64,000 nucleotides of DNA from an uncultured delta proteobacterium (GTDB taxonomy: Bacteria > Desulfobacterota > Desulfomonilia > UBA1062). Below are positions 9,719 to 19,255 of the stretch, one piece after another. The notes beneath the pieces are model-generated. The model was given only the letters and a program-made list of their open reading frames with translations. It was not told where the DNA came from and did no database searches. The position numbers and the translations under genes are program-made. Within the stretch, counting starts at the first letter, position 1. Each line of letters opens with the position of its first letter. Location of the stretch: NCBI GenBank assembly GCA_963752595.1, contig CAVVYZ010000001.1, forward strand, positions 96,001-160,000. The letters run 5' to 3'.

Positions 9719-10798
9719 TTATTTCATCTGGCTTACGTATTTCTCCAGCTTGCCTTTCTCGGTCAGCACCTTCATGCCCAGTTTCTGCATGGTAGGGAAC
9801 ACCTCGGGCGGTTCGGATCTTCTCACCAGCGTTATTGCCTGAGTCGGGCAGACGGAAACGCACAACCCGCAACCGATGCATTTTTCGGAAGACGGCACGG
9901 CCGTGTTTCCGGAGATATCTATCGCACCCATGGGGCAGCGATCGTCGGTGCAGATGCCGCATCCTGTGCATGCCTCTGCATCAATGCCCGCCTGGAAAGC
10001 GCTCGGCGCGAAAGCATGGGAGATTCCCAGCTGGGTATGGCAGGTGAGGATCGTGCAGCAGCAGGAACAGCAGTTGCAGATAAACCCCGGCCTGTCCACG
10101 CTGTTGTTGCTCGTGTGGACGAGCCCGGCTTGTTCCGCGAGATCGAGCACCCGGTGGGCCTCCTCCTTGCTGATTTCCCGCGCGTATTTCCGCTGAACCA
10201 GAAAGCGGCCGGTGCCATCGAAGATCAGGCACATCTCTGTGGGCTTGTCGCAAGCCTTGATGCTGACCCTGCAGGCGCATTCCCCCAGGGCGATGAAATT
10301 CACGGAATCGATGAGGCGTGCCACTTCTTCATAGGGATGCACCCTGGTAAGCGACGTGACGGATTGCTCTACGGGGATAACGCGGGCAATCGGCGTGGGT
10401 TTGCCCGAGAAAGAAGCACCCAGCGACTGCCGGTGGTACTCGTCCCAGAGCTTGCCGAGGTTGTCAAGCAGCGGTGTCCCGCTCCCTTTCATCAGGGGGA
10501 ACTCGAACAGACCCGGAATAGTCGGAAGAAGGCCGTAGGATCGCTTTCCCTCCTTTTCGCGGGCAAAGATCACGGCCTTATCCGCCATGGCCTCCAGCAT
10601 CTTTCCGGCTTCATCCTCTGGCATGCCCGCATCGGCTGCTATGGCTGAAAGCTTCCGGGGGAAGAGGGTCATGTGTACGGCAAGGGCTGCCTCTTCAGGC
10701 GTGAAGAGTAACCGGAGGATCTCGTCAAAGACCTTTGCAGGGGGTGCACCGATGGGACCGGCATCGAGTATCTGCTGCAGCCTTTCGTAATTGTCCAT
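9719..10798 (-). CDS. 4Fe-4S dicluster protein with N-terminal HTH-like region
   Basis: CACR, ICNCCSCCC, CTGCGIC...CP and CIGCGLCVSVCP ferredoxin motifs. Confidence 0.85.
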   Translation of the reverse strand: MDNYERLQQILDAGPIGAPPAKVFDEILRLLFTPEEAALAVHMTLFPRKLSAIAADAGMPEDEAGKMLEAMADKAVIFAREKEGKRSYGLLPTIPGLFEFPLMKGSGTPLLDNLGKLWDEYHRQSLGASFSGKPTPIARVIPVEQSVTSLTRVHPYEEVARLIDSVNFIALGECACRVSIKACDKPTEMCLIFDGTGRFLVQRKYAREISKEEAHRVLDLAEQAGLVHTSNNSVDRPGFICNCCSCCCTILTCHTQLGISHAFAPSAFQAGIDAEACTGCGICTDDRCPMGAIDISGNTAVPSSEKCIGCGLCVSVCPTQAITLVRRSEPPEVFPTMQKLGMKVLTEKGKLEKYVSQMK

Positions 10799-10843
10799 AT
10801 GATATCTCCTTTTTGCAACGCTCTTTTCGCATTGCCGATTTTT

Positions 10844-13081
10844 TCAGGCTGCCTCCACCCTGCATCGTACATACCGGTGCAGCGGGGTGCCTGCGAACCT
10901 GTCGCGATAGGTGTTCCTGGTGAGGCGGTTCACATTTGCCCCAAACGCCTTGCCCTGATGAATCATGCCGAACCCGTGGGGCATGATCACCTGGCCCCTG
11001 CGGGTCGCTCCGGTCACTTCCGCCTCGATCTCCACCCGGCCTGCCTCGGTTATGACCCTGACCATCTGGCCATCGACGATGTTCAGCCCTGCGGCATCTT
11101 CCGGGTGCAAGGCCAGCGTGCAGGGCCTCCTGCCCTGGTTCCATGCCGGGTCGCGCATGAGGGTATTGGCATTCATGCTCATATGGCGGCCCGCCTGGAG
11201 GATGAGTGGAAATTCGGGATCGGGGTTAAGGGCCTTTTCTTCGGATTCAGGCTCGATGCTTTGCACCCATCCGGCCATCTCGGGGATGTGGACATTGATC
11301 CTGCCGTCTTCGGTCTGCACCGAGGCAAAATTGTTTTCTTCGTCAGCGCGGCCGATAATGATCCCTTCCGGGTGGTCGAGGATGGCCTGGAAAATCTCCT
11401 CGCCCATGAGCGGTCCCTTGGCGAAGCCTGCTGCCTGGGCCATCCTGCGGAAATCTTTGGGCGCCACCTGGAGCATGCCCCAGAGCGCGGCCAAGTTTGC
11501 AGACCCCAGTTCTTCTCCCAGGGTTTTTGCCAGCACGTACTGCATGTTGGGCAGGGCCTTGGGCTCTTCTCCTGCATATTTCATGAGCTCCATGCCGAAG
11601 GTGAGCCGGTCTTTCTTTGCAGCCTCCTTCAGGGTGTCCGGGATGGGCGGGATAAACCCGAGCTTTTCGGCGAGCATTACATGGATTTTGCTCAACTCCA
11701 TCCTCTCGCCTTCCGGTTCGACGATGGGCCTTCGCATCTGGAAATACACCTCCGGGAAGGTGAAGGCGAAGAACGTACCGTCCCAGGACTCATAGCCGGA
11801 CCGTGAAGGGAGCACGTAGTGGGAAAGGGATGCGGTCTCGGTCATGGACAGCTCGCAGGTGACCAGGAGGTCGAGCTGTTTGAACGCCTGCTCGTACGCA
11901 GTGGTATCGGCAAACGAGCGCAAGGGGTTCGACTGGCAGCACAGCACAGCCCGAAGCCGCTCGGGATGGTCGCTCATGATTTCTTCCGGCATCGCGTTGG
12001 GAGGGAATACGCCCATGAGGGCCGGGAAACCCGTGGCGACGGTGCGCCAGGTCTTGGAGTCGCGCTCGTCCGTGTGCGCGCCGATGGGCATGATCTGCCC
12101 AGGGATGACGTTGCCCCCGGGCATGCAGATCCTTCCGCAGACTGCCAGCAGAACGAGATGGAGATAGGATGCTGCGGTGCTGTGGCGGTTCATGTAAATG
12201 CCCAGATCAGGGTGCAGGCAGGATTTCCGTGTGGCGAACAGGCGGCAGACCTCCCGGACCTGGCCGTAATCGAGTTCGCAGACTTTGACCGCAGCCTGGG
12301 CATCGAAATGGGTAAACCACGGCTCGATCTCGGCAAAACCGCTCACGTGCTGCTCGATGTACTCTTTGTTGTGCCAGCCTTCCTTCAGGATGATGGCGAT
12401 CATGGCCCTGGTAAGAAGTGCATCGGTGCCGGGGCGGATGGCCAGGTGGACGTCTGCGATCTCGGCGGTCTCGGACTTTCTCGGGTCGATGACTACAAGG
12501 AGCTTGCCGGGGTCTTTAGAGAACTCCTTGAGCACGAGCGGAGCCCGGGGTATCTGGTGGCTCTGCATGCCGTTCCAGCCGATGGCCAGGATCATGTCGG
12601 ACCTGTGTTCATCGGTGACTGCATACAGGTACTGCTTTCCCGTAACGCGTCCATGGGCCCAGAAGGTGCCGGTGAGCTCCTGGGCAAGGGCATTGTAGTG
12701 GTATCGCGATCCGAGGGACCGCATGAGCCGCACGCCGAAGGCAGCCTCGAAGTGGCATCCCTGGCCGCCGCCTCCCATGTAGGCAAAGGAGCGGGGACCG
12801 TAGGCGTGGACGGTCGAACGGAGTTTTTCGGCGATCTCACTTATCGCCTGGTCCCAGGAGATGCGCTCGAATTTATCTCCCACGCGCTTTAAGGGGAAGG
12901 AGAGGCGGTCTGTATGGTGCTGATGGAAGGCGATGTTTGCCCCCTTGCGGCAGACATAACCTTTTGACCGGGGATTATCGCGGTCGCCCCTGACTTTTAC
13001 GATATGGTTGTTCTCTACAAGGACTTCCAGCCCGCAGTTTTGTGCACAGAGAACACAGCCTGTTTTATGCCATTGCCCCAT
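10844..13081 (-). CDS. Molybdopterin (bis-MGD) oxidoreductase, DMSO reductase superfamily, cytoplasmic
   Basis: CVLCAQNCG...CRKG Fe-S motif, IDPRKSETA, IRPGTDA, LHPEDA C-terminal domain. No Tat signal. Confidence 0.9.
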   Translation of the reverse strand: MGQWHKTGCVLCAQNCGLEVLVENNHIVKVRGDRDNPRSKGYVCRKGANIAFHQHHTDRLSFPLKRVGDKFERISWDQAISEIAEKLRSTVHAYGPRSFAYMGGGGQGCHFEAAFGVRLMRSLGSRYHYNALAQELTGTFWAHGRVTGKQYLYAVTDEHRSDMILAIGWNGMQSHQIPRAPLVLKEFSKDPGKLLVVIDPRKSETAEIADVHLAIRPGTDALLTRAMIAIILKEGWHNKEYIEQHVSGFAEIEPWFTHFDAQAAVKVCELDYGQVREVCRLFATRKSCLHPDLGIYMNRHSTAASYLHLVLLAVCGRICMPGGNVIPGQIMPIGAHTDERDSKTWRTVATGFPALMGVFPPNAMPEEIMSDHPERLRAVLCCQSNPLRSFADTTAYEQAFKQLDLLVTCELSMTETASLSHYVLPSRSGYESWDGTFFAFTFPEVYFQMRRPIVEPEGERMELSKIHVMLAEKLGFIPPIPDTLKEAAKKDRLTFGMELMKYAGEEPKALPNMQYVLAKTLGEELGSANLAALWGMLQVAPKDFRRMAQAAGFAKGPLMGEEIFQAILDHPEGIIIGRADEENNFASVQTEDGRINVHIPEMAGWVQSIEPESEEKALNPDPEFPLILQAGRHMSMNANTLMRDPAWNQGRRPCTLALHPEDAAGLNIVDGQMVRVITEAGRVEIEAEVTGATRRGQVIMPHGFGMIHQGKAFGANVNRLTRNTYRDRFAGTPLHRYVRCRVEAA

Positions 13082-13176
13082 TGTATTTTCCCTCCCCGAA
13101 GGAATCTGTGTATCCGGTTCATGCCCTTTATATCCCCGGTTATTCTAAAAAGGGTTATACAAAGGGCATGGATGTA

Positions 13177-13758
13177 TTATTTCAAAATGCGTTCAAACAC
13201 CATTCGCTTGAAGATCTGTAACGGCTCAGTGCTTTTCGCGAGCTTCATATGCATAATGGCCCCTTCCCAGGCGTTGAGGATGAACTGGGCTGCCTCAGCC
13301 GGATCGATGTCAACGGAGACATCTCCCCGGCTTCTTGCCTGCACGATGCACTGTTCAAGAAAGCCTATCATGCTGGAATAGACATCTCCGACCTTTGCCC
13401 TGAAATCCTCGCTAAGGTCGCTCATTTCCTGCATCAGGTTGCCGATGGGGCAACCGCGACGCAAATCCATCTTTTCAAAAAGGTCCCGGTAGGCATCCAT
13501 GAAATTGGAAAGCCTTTCCAGGGGAGGTATGCTCGCATCGAGCAGATATGCCACACCCATGCCCCGGATGAATTCCCGGTAGTAGTCGATGACGGCCAGG
13601 CCGAAGTCATCCTTGCTTTTGAAGTAGAAATAGAACGAGCCCTTGGGTACGCCTGCTCCGGCGAGGATATCGGAGAGGCCCGTATTATTGTATCCTTTTG
13701 CATGGACGAGGCGGGCGCCTTCCCTGATGATGGTGTGTCTGGTAGCGTCTTTTGCCAT
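13177..13758 (-). CDS. TetR family regulator, NemR-like
   Basis: GYNNTGLSDILAGAGVPKGSFYFYFKSK HTH, GCPIGNL, AWEGA. Confidence 0.9.
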   Translation of the reverse strand: MAKDATRHTIIREGARLVHAKGYNNTGLSDILAGAGVPKGSFYFYFKSKDDFGLAVIDYYREFIRGMGVAYLLDASIPPLERLSNFMDAYRDLFEKMDLRRGCPIGNLMQEMSDLSEDFRAKVGDVYSSMIGFLEQCIVQARSRGDVSVDIDPAEAAQFILNAWEGAIMHMKLAKSTEPLQIFKRMVFERILK

Positions 13759-13784
13759 AAAAAATCCCTTTTATGACGCAATAT

Positions 13785-13799
13785 TAGACCGGTCGTCTA
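13785..13799. promoter_or_regulatory. TetR/NemR-like operator TAGAC-N5-GTCTA lying between a minus-strand -35 (TTGACT) and -10 (TAATAT)
   Basis: Sequence tagaccggtcgtcta directly upstream of the tetR start; resembles the E. coli NemR box TAGACC-N4-GGTCTA. Confidence 0.7.
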
Positions 13800-14080
13800 G
13801 TATAAGTCAAGTGCTTTCCATCTCTTTTTCAGGTCAGGGTCGAAATTGGTTTTCCCGCAGGGGGCAAGGATATTCAGGATTTCGCATACCTGTGTCTTCC
13901 GATCGGCCGGATTTCTTTATGACTATACAGCAGATGATTGCTTTTTGAGGAGCTGTTCCTTAAAAAGCTCTCTTATTCGCTGATTCTTCCCTGAAAAATC
14001 ATGAGAAATCATGATGATTGACGGTTGTCCCTCATGGTGCGAATCACAGTAACTTCCGGCGATTTTCAGTATAAAAATTC

Positions 14081-14109
14081 TTGACACTGGTGGGGAGCTA
14101 TTGTATGGT
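14081..14109 (+). promoter_or_regulatory. Sigma70-type promoter of hppA
   Basis: TTGACA-17 nt-TATGGT; implies a leader of about 255 nt. Confidence 0.55.
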
Positions 14110-14371
14110 TTCATGGGCTGAATGATGATTCACTCATGAGACAAAAACTAATTATCCTTTACCATTATATGTGAGCATGCGGATGTTTTTACTGAATACA
14201 CATAGAGTGAATTTTGAGAGTGAGGTTAAAGCCGTTCCTTGCTCAAGCCTGTTCGAGGTCGGAATAAATTTTGGAAGGTAAGATACTAGTCGTTGCTTGT
14301 TCCTTTGGTGTTTCTTAAGCCTTTGGAATAAGCACTAATGTATCAATCGACCAATAAACAAGGAGATTGAA

Positions 14372-16858
14372 ATGATGGGTAAAGCAAAACTGAGTTTATG
14401 GTCTTTTTTGTTGACCGCGGGTGTCATGCTCTTCGGCATGGCTCCTATGGCATTTGCGGGAGAAGCGGATATCAAGCTGCCTGATCTGTCCACGGTGTCG
14501 TTCACCATTATGGGCAGCACGGTCGCCGGGTTATCCATTCTCTATGTCGGCTTGCTGGTATGCGTAATCGGCCTGGCTTTCGGGTACTTGCAGTACATCC
14601 AGACCAAGAACCTGCCTGCGCATAGCTCCATGCTGGCTGTTTCCAACACCATCTGGGAGACATGTAAGACATACGTCACCCAGCAGGGCAAGTTCCTCGC
14701 CGCTCTGTGGATACTGATTGCACTCTGTATCGTTTATTACTTCAAGGGGCTCCAGGGCGCACCCATTGGCAACGTCATCATCATTCTTCTCGCCTCTGTT
14801 TTGGGTATCCTCGGCTCCTACGGTGTTGCCTGGTTCGGTATCAGGATCAACACGGTTGCCAACTCCAGGGCCGCCTTTGCATCACTGAAGTCAAACCCCC
14901 TGGACATCGTGAACATCTGCCTTCGTTCCGGTATGAGCGTAGGCCTTCTGCTCGTGAGCGTTGAGCTCTTCTTCATGATCCTCATCCTCGCATTCCTGGG
15001 CGAGCTCGCAGGGCCCTGCTTCATCGGCTTCGCCATCGGCGAATCTCTCGGCGCCAGCGCACTGAGAATTTGCGGCGGTATCTTTACCAAGATCGCAGAC
15101 ATCGGCTCCGACCTCATGAAGATCGTGTTCCACCTTCCCGAGGACGACCCGAAGAACCCCGGTGTTATCGCCGACTGTACGGGCGACAACGCGGGCGACA
15201 GCGTTGGTCCCACAGCTGACGGTTTCGAGACCTACGGCGTGACCGGCGTTGCACTGATCGCATTCCTGGCCCTTGCACTGTTCGACAACCCTGAGATGGG
15301 CGGCAAACTGATCGTCTGGATCTTCGCAATGCGTATCCTTATGATCCTGACCTCGCTCGTTTCCTACTTCGTCAATGATATAATCAGCAACTCACTTTGG
15401 GCAGGCAAGAAAGACTTCGATTTCGAGCATCCGCTGACCAACCTGGTATGGATCACCTCTGGGATCTCCATCGCTGTTACCTTTGTTGCAAGCTACGTGC
15501 TCCTTTCCGACCTCGACCCGATCAGATACGGCGACCTCTGGTGGGCACTCTCCGCGATCATCAGCTGCGGTACGATTGCCGGTGCTCTGATCCCCGAGTT
15601 CACCAAGGTTTTCACTTCCACCAAGTCACGCCACTGCGAAGAGGTCGTTAACTCTTCCCGCCAGGGCGGACCTTCGCTGAACATCCTTTCCGGTCTCGTT
15701 GCCGGTAACTTCTCAGCTTTCTGGGAAGGACTCGTCATTCTGGTTCTGATGCTTGTTGCTTACCTGGTATCCAAGAACCCTTCCATCATGAACCTCATGC
15801 CGCCCGAGTTCGTATTCGCAGCCCCGGTGTTTGCCTTCGGTCTGGTGGCATTCGGTTTCCTGGGTATGGGTCCGGTAACGATCGCTGTCGACAGCTTCGG
15901 CCCGGTTTCCGACAATGCCCAGTCCATCTATGAGCTCTCCATGATCGAGTCGGTCCCGAACGTCAGTGAAGAGATCAAGAGAGATTTCGGTTTCACCCCT
16001 GACTTCAGCGGTTCCAAGCACTATCTCGAATCCTGCGACGGTGCAGGCAACACCTTCAAGGCAACAGCCAAGCCCGTGCTCATCGGTACGGCTGTCGTCG
16101 GTGCAACCACCATGGTGTTCGGCATCATCATCCTGCTCGAGAGAATCTATGGGAACGTCATTGCCAAGCTGTCTCTCGTACAGCCTGAGATCATCATCGG
16201 CCTGCTTATGGGCGGCTGCGTGATCTACTGGTTCACCGGCGCTTCCATCCAGGCCGTTGTTGCCGGTTCCTACAGCGCGGTTGTGTACATCAAGAAAAAC
16301 ATCGACCTCAGCAAGACATCCGCCTCCATCGAAGACAGTAAAGAGGTCGTGAAGATCTGTACGCAGTATGCCCAGAAGGGTATGATCAACATCTTCGTGG
16401 TCATCTTCTTCCTGGCTCTGGGTCTGGCCTTCTTCAACCCCTACTTCTTCGTCGGCTACCTCGTCTCCCTGGCCTTCTTCGGCCTGTTCCAGGCTATCTT
16501 CATGGCCAATGCGGGCGGCGCTTGGGACAATGCCAAGAAGATCGTCGAGGTTGACCTCAAAGAGAAGAACACCCCGCTGCACGAAGCGTCAGTCGTTGGT
16601 GACACGGTCGGCGACCCGTTCAAGGATACTTCATCAGTTTCCATGAACCCGGTCATCAAGTTCACCACCCTTTTCGGCCTTCTCGCAACCGAGATCGCGG
16701 TTACCATGACGGATCAGGCTGTTAAGACCGGTCTGGGAGTGGTTTTCTTCGCTGTCGCACTGGTATTCGTATACCGCTCTTTCTACAGCATGAGAATTTC
16801 CAGCGTGAAATCAGAAGAGAATGCGGAAGACAAGCCCCTCAAGGCTGCCAGCCACTAG
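14372..16858 (+). CDS. hppA: Membrane-bound ion-translocating pyrophosphatase, K+-independent divergent type
   Basis: GGIFTKIADIGSDL, EDDPKNPGVIADCTGDNAGD, GNTFKATAK (Lys at the K+-dependence position), GGAWDNAKK, GDTVGDPFKDT. Confidence 0.95.
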   Translation: MMGKAKLSLWSFLLTAGVMLFGMAPMAFAGEADIKLPDLSTVSFTIMGSTVAGLSILYVGLLVCVIGLAFGYLQYIQTKNLPAHSSMLAVSNTIWETCKTYVTQQGKFLAALWILIALCIVYYFKGLQGAPIGNVIIILLASVLGILGSYGVAWFGIRINTVANSRAAFASLKSNPLDIVNICLRSGMSVGLLLVSVELFFMILILAFLGELAGPCFIGFAIGESLGASALRICGGIFTKIADIGSDLMKIVFHLPEDDPKNPGVIADCTGDNAGDSVGPTADGFETYGVTGVALIAFLALALFDNPEMGGKLIVWIFAMRILMILTSLVSYFVNDIISNSLWAGKKDFDFEHPLTNLVWITSGISIAVTFVASYVLLSDLDPIRYGDLWWALSAIISCGTIAGALIPEFTKVFTSTKSRHCEEVVNSSRQGGPSLNILSGLVAGNFSAFWEGLVILVLMLVAYLVSKNPSIMNLMPPEFVFAAPVFAFGLVAFGFLGMGPVTIAVDSFGPVSDNAQSIYELSMIESVPNVSEEIKRDFGFTPDFSGSKHYLESCDGAGNTFKATAKPVLIGTAVVGATTMVFGIIILLERIYGNVIAKLSLVQPEIIIGLLMGGCVIYWFTGASIQAVVAGSYSAVVYIKKNIDLSKTSASIEDSKEVVKICTQYAQKGMINIFVVIFFLALGLAFFNPYFFVGYLVSLAFFGLFQAIFMANAGGAWDNAKKIVEVDLKEKNTPLHEASVVGDTVGDPFKDTSSVSMNPVIKFTTLFGLLATEIAVTMTDQAVKTGLGVVFFAVALVFVYRSFYSMRISSVKSEENAEDKPLKAASH

Positions 16859-16883
16859 GTAACAGGTAATTCAAAGAAACAAC

Positions 16884-16925
16884 AAGCCCCGCCCCGGTGC
16901 AGACCGGGGCGGGGCTTGTTTTATT
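16884..16925. terminator. Intrinsic terminator after hppA, possibly bidirectional
   Basis: aagccccgccccggt-gcag-accggggcggggctt followed by gttttatt. Confidence 0.85.
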
Positions 16926-16981
16926 GTCCTTCTTATACTTTGACGCTGATGAAGCCGGCTTGCCGCCATCCAACCTGTCTG

Positions 16982-19255
16982 CTACTTGGTTTCAAATGTT
17001 TGAACACCTTGCCAGTCAGGCGGGGGAGGGCAGGTAAGGTAGCTCCCGATACGTTTAAGGTACAGCTCGTAGAGGCGGCAGGGATTCTTGCCGTGCAGAT
17101 CGCCGATCATCTGCCGGGCATGAACGAAATCCCGTTTCTGATATAAGTCCAGCGCTTTTTCAAAGAACTCAACCTCCTGCCTCATCTCCGGATCGGGAAG
17201 ACCCTCGACAAGAGGCTCGAAGATCTCAATGGAAACGCTCTTGCCTTTGACCTGTACGGTATCGATCTTCCGGCAGAAGAAAGCACCGTTCAGGACGTCT
17301 CTGGTGAACCGGGAAATAATGATACTCGTGCCGTAGATTTTATTCAGCCCCTCCAGCCGGGAAGCGATGTTGACGGTGTCGCCGAGTACCGTGTATTCAA
17401 ACCTGCTCTCGCTGCCGAAATTTCCGATACTGGTAAGTCCCGTGTTGATGCCGATGCCGATATCGACAGCGGGCAGGCCCTGCTGCTGCCATTTCTGCTG
17501 CAGGGTTTTCAGTGTGCGTTTCATCCGGAGTGCGGCAAGCACCCCATGACGGGCATGATCTTTATCATCCAGCGGAGCACCCCAGATGGCAACGATTGCA
17601 TCGCCGATGTACTTATCCACCATCCCGTAATTCTCCATGATGATACCGCTCATGGCTGTGAGATAGGAATTCATGAAAGCCCCGAGCCTTTTCGGGTCCA
17701 TGCCTTCGGATATGGAGGTAAAATCCCTGATGTCGCTGAAGAGGATAGTGAGCTCTTTTTCTTCTCCCGAAAGGGTGAGCCTTTCGGGCCGTTTCATGAG
17801 TTCGTTCACCACTACGGGTGAGACATAACGGTTGAACGCAGTCTGGATGAACTGCTTTTTACGTAACTCGAAGAAGTAGTTGAAAAGCGTCACCATGAGA
17901 AAGACCGTAATAATCGTTGCGAGGGGGTAGGTGATACCCAGGAGTTTGCCCTTGAGGAAGAACAGATAATAATCTCCGGTAATCATGCAGCCGATGAACA
18001 GGAGCCCGGCCAATCCCCCCGTTACTGCCCCTGTGTAGGCGAGCAGGGCGCTCAGCAGTATGCCTCCGGCAAAGATGAACGAATAGGTGAGCCCGATCTC
18101 GGTGAAGATATCATAGGTAAGAAGTGAACCTGTCAGGACGTTATCGATGATGGTGGCCTGAATCTCGACACCGGGGAATATTCCGGAAAAAGGTGTGGCG
18201 TGAAAGTCGAGCAGGCCTGAAGCAGAGGTTCCGATGAGCACGTATTTATCCTTGATACGATCAGCATGCAGCCCATCGATGACATCAGAGGCAGAGATGT
18301 ATTCAAAGGTCTTCACCGGGCCGCGGAAATTGACCATGACCTGTCCTTTGTCATCTGTGGGGATAAATGCATCTCCGACCGATACCCCGATGACGCCGTT
18401 CTTCCCCCCTGACTTCCGGCTGGATGCATGAATGACGATCTCCTGCTCCCGTGAGGCCGTCCTCACCATCTCCAGGGCAAGGGAGGGGTAGGGGATGTTT
18501 TTTAGAGACATGAAGAGCGGGACTTTGCGGACCATGCCGGATGAATCCGGGAAAACATTCAGAAATCCTTCTGTACGGGCCTGCGCAACGTCTTCGATAT
18601 TGAGGACAGCGCGGTAGCCGGATATGAGGCTCAGCTCATCATGACTGATGCCTGACGGTGATATTTTGATGGTAGCAGATGGAAAGGGAGTTTCGTTTTC
18701 ATCCTTGAGCCCGTCGTCCTCGAGCTGAAATACATATCCCAGCACAACCGGTGCTTCGGAAACAGCCCTTCCCAGCTCGATATCATGATTGAGATCCTCT
18801 CTATGCCTGATACGATCGAGCTCTTTCCCTACTTTCGCATCGGGAATGAGTTTCGAGAAATCATCTACATATTCGGCAATGGAAGTCCTGTCCTTTTCAG
18901 CAAAAACGATATCGAAACCGATGACCTTTGCGCCGGATTCATGAACGGATCTGACAAGCCGGGCCACGACATCCCGGGGCCAGGGCCACTGACCGTTTCT
19001 CTTCAGGCTCTTCTCGTCGATATCCACGATGACGACCTTGCCCGTAGCCTCGGCAGACCCGCGCCAGCGGAACATGGCGCTCGTTACCTGGTTGTCCATG
19101 GATGCAAGCAGGTCCGGCTTGGTCTTGCCGAAGGAGTAGAACAGCATGCACGAGGCAAGGATGATAAGGCACCCCATTTTGAAGGGAGAGGGCTTCAGTA
19201 TGGCGGCACGCTTATCCATCATACAGGGGATTTCAAGGCTACCGTTTCCCTTCAA
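16982..19255 (-). CDS. CHASE2-domain class III adenylate/guanylate cyclase
   Basis: VIVDIDEKSL...GQWPWPR (CHASE2), three TM helices, FSDIRDFT, DKYIGDAI, GDTVNIASRLEG, VKGK. Confidence 0.92.
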   Translation of the reverse strand: MKGNGSLEIPCMMDKRAAILKPSPFKMGCLIILASCMLFYSFGKTKPDLLASMDNQVTSAMFRWRGSAEATGKVVIVDIDEKSLKRNGQWPWPRDVVARLVRSVHESGAKVIGFDIVFAEKDRTSIAEYVDDFSKLIPDAKVGKELDRIRHREDLNHDIELGRAVSEAPVVLGYVFQLEDDGLKDENETPFPSATIKISPSGISHDELSLISGYRAVLNIEDVAQARTEGFLNVFPDSSGMVRKVPLFMSLKNIPYPSLALEMVRTASREQEIVIHASSRKSGGKNGVIGVSVGDAFIPTDDKGQVMVNFRGPVKTFEYISASDVIDGLHADRIKDKYVLIGTSASGLLDFHATPFSGIFPGVEIQATIIDNVLTGSLLTYDIFTEIGLTYSFIFAGGILLSALLAYTGAVTGGLAGLLFIGCMITGDYYLFFLKGKLLGITYPLATIITVFLMVTLFNYFFELRKKQFIQTAFNRYVSPVVVNELMKRPERLTLSGEEKELTILFSDIRDFTSISEGMDPKRLGAFMNSYLTAMSGIIMENYGMVDKYIGDAIVAIWGAPLDDKDHARHGVLAALRMKRTLKTLQQKWQQQGLPAVDIGIGINTGLTSIGNFGSESRFEYTVLGDTVNIASRLEGLNKIYGTSIIISRFTRDVLNGAFFCRKIDTVQVKGKSVSIEIFEPLVEGLPDPEMRQEVEFFEKALDLYQKRDFVHARQMIGDLHGKNPCRLYELYLKRIGSYLTCPPPPDWQGVQTFETK

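Noticed and set aside
10799-12892. Long plus-strand ORFs of 276-357 aa, and similar antisense ORFs over hppA and ftsH
   Set aside because: They are shadows of well-supported genes on the opposite strand, expected at this GC and codon bias, and carry no motifs.
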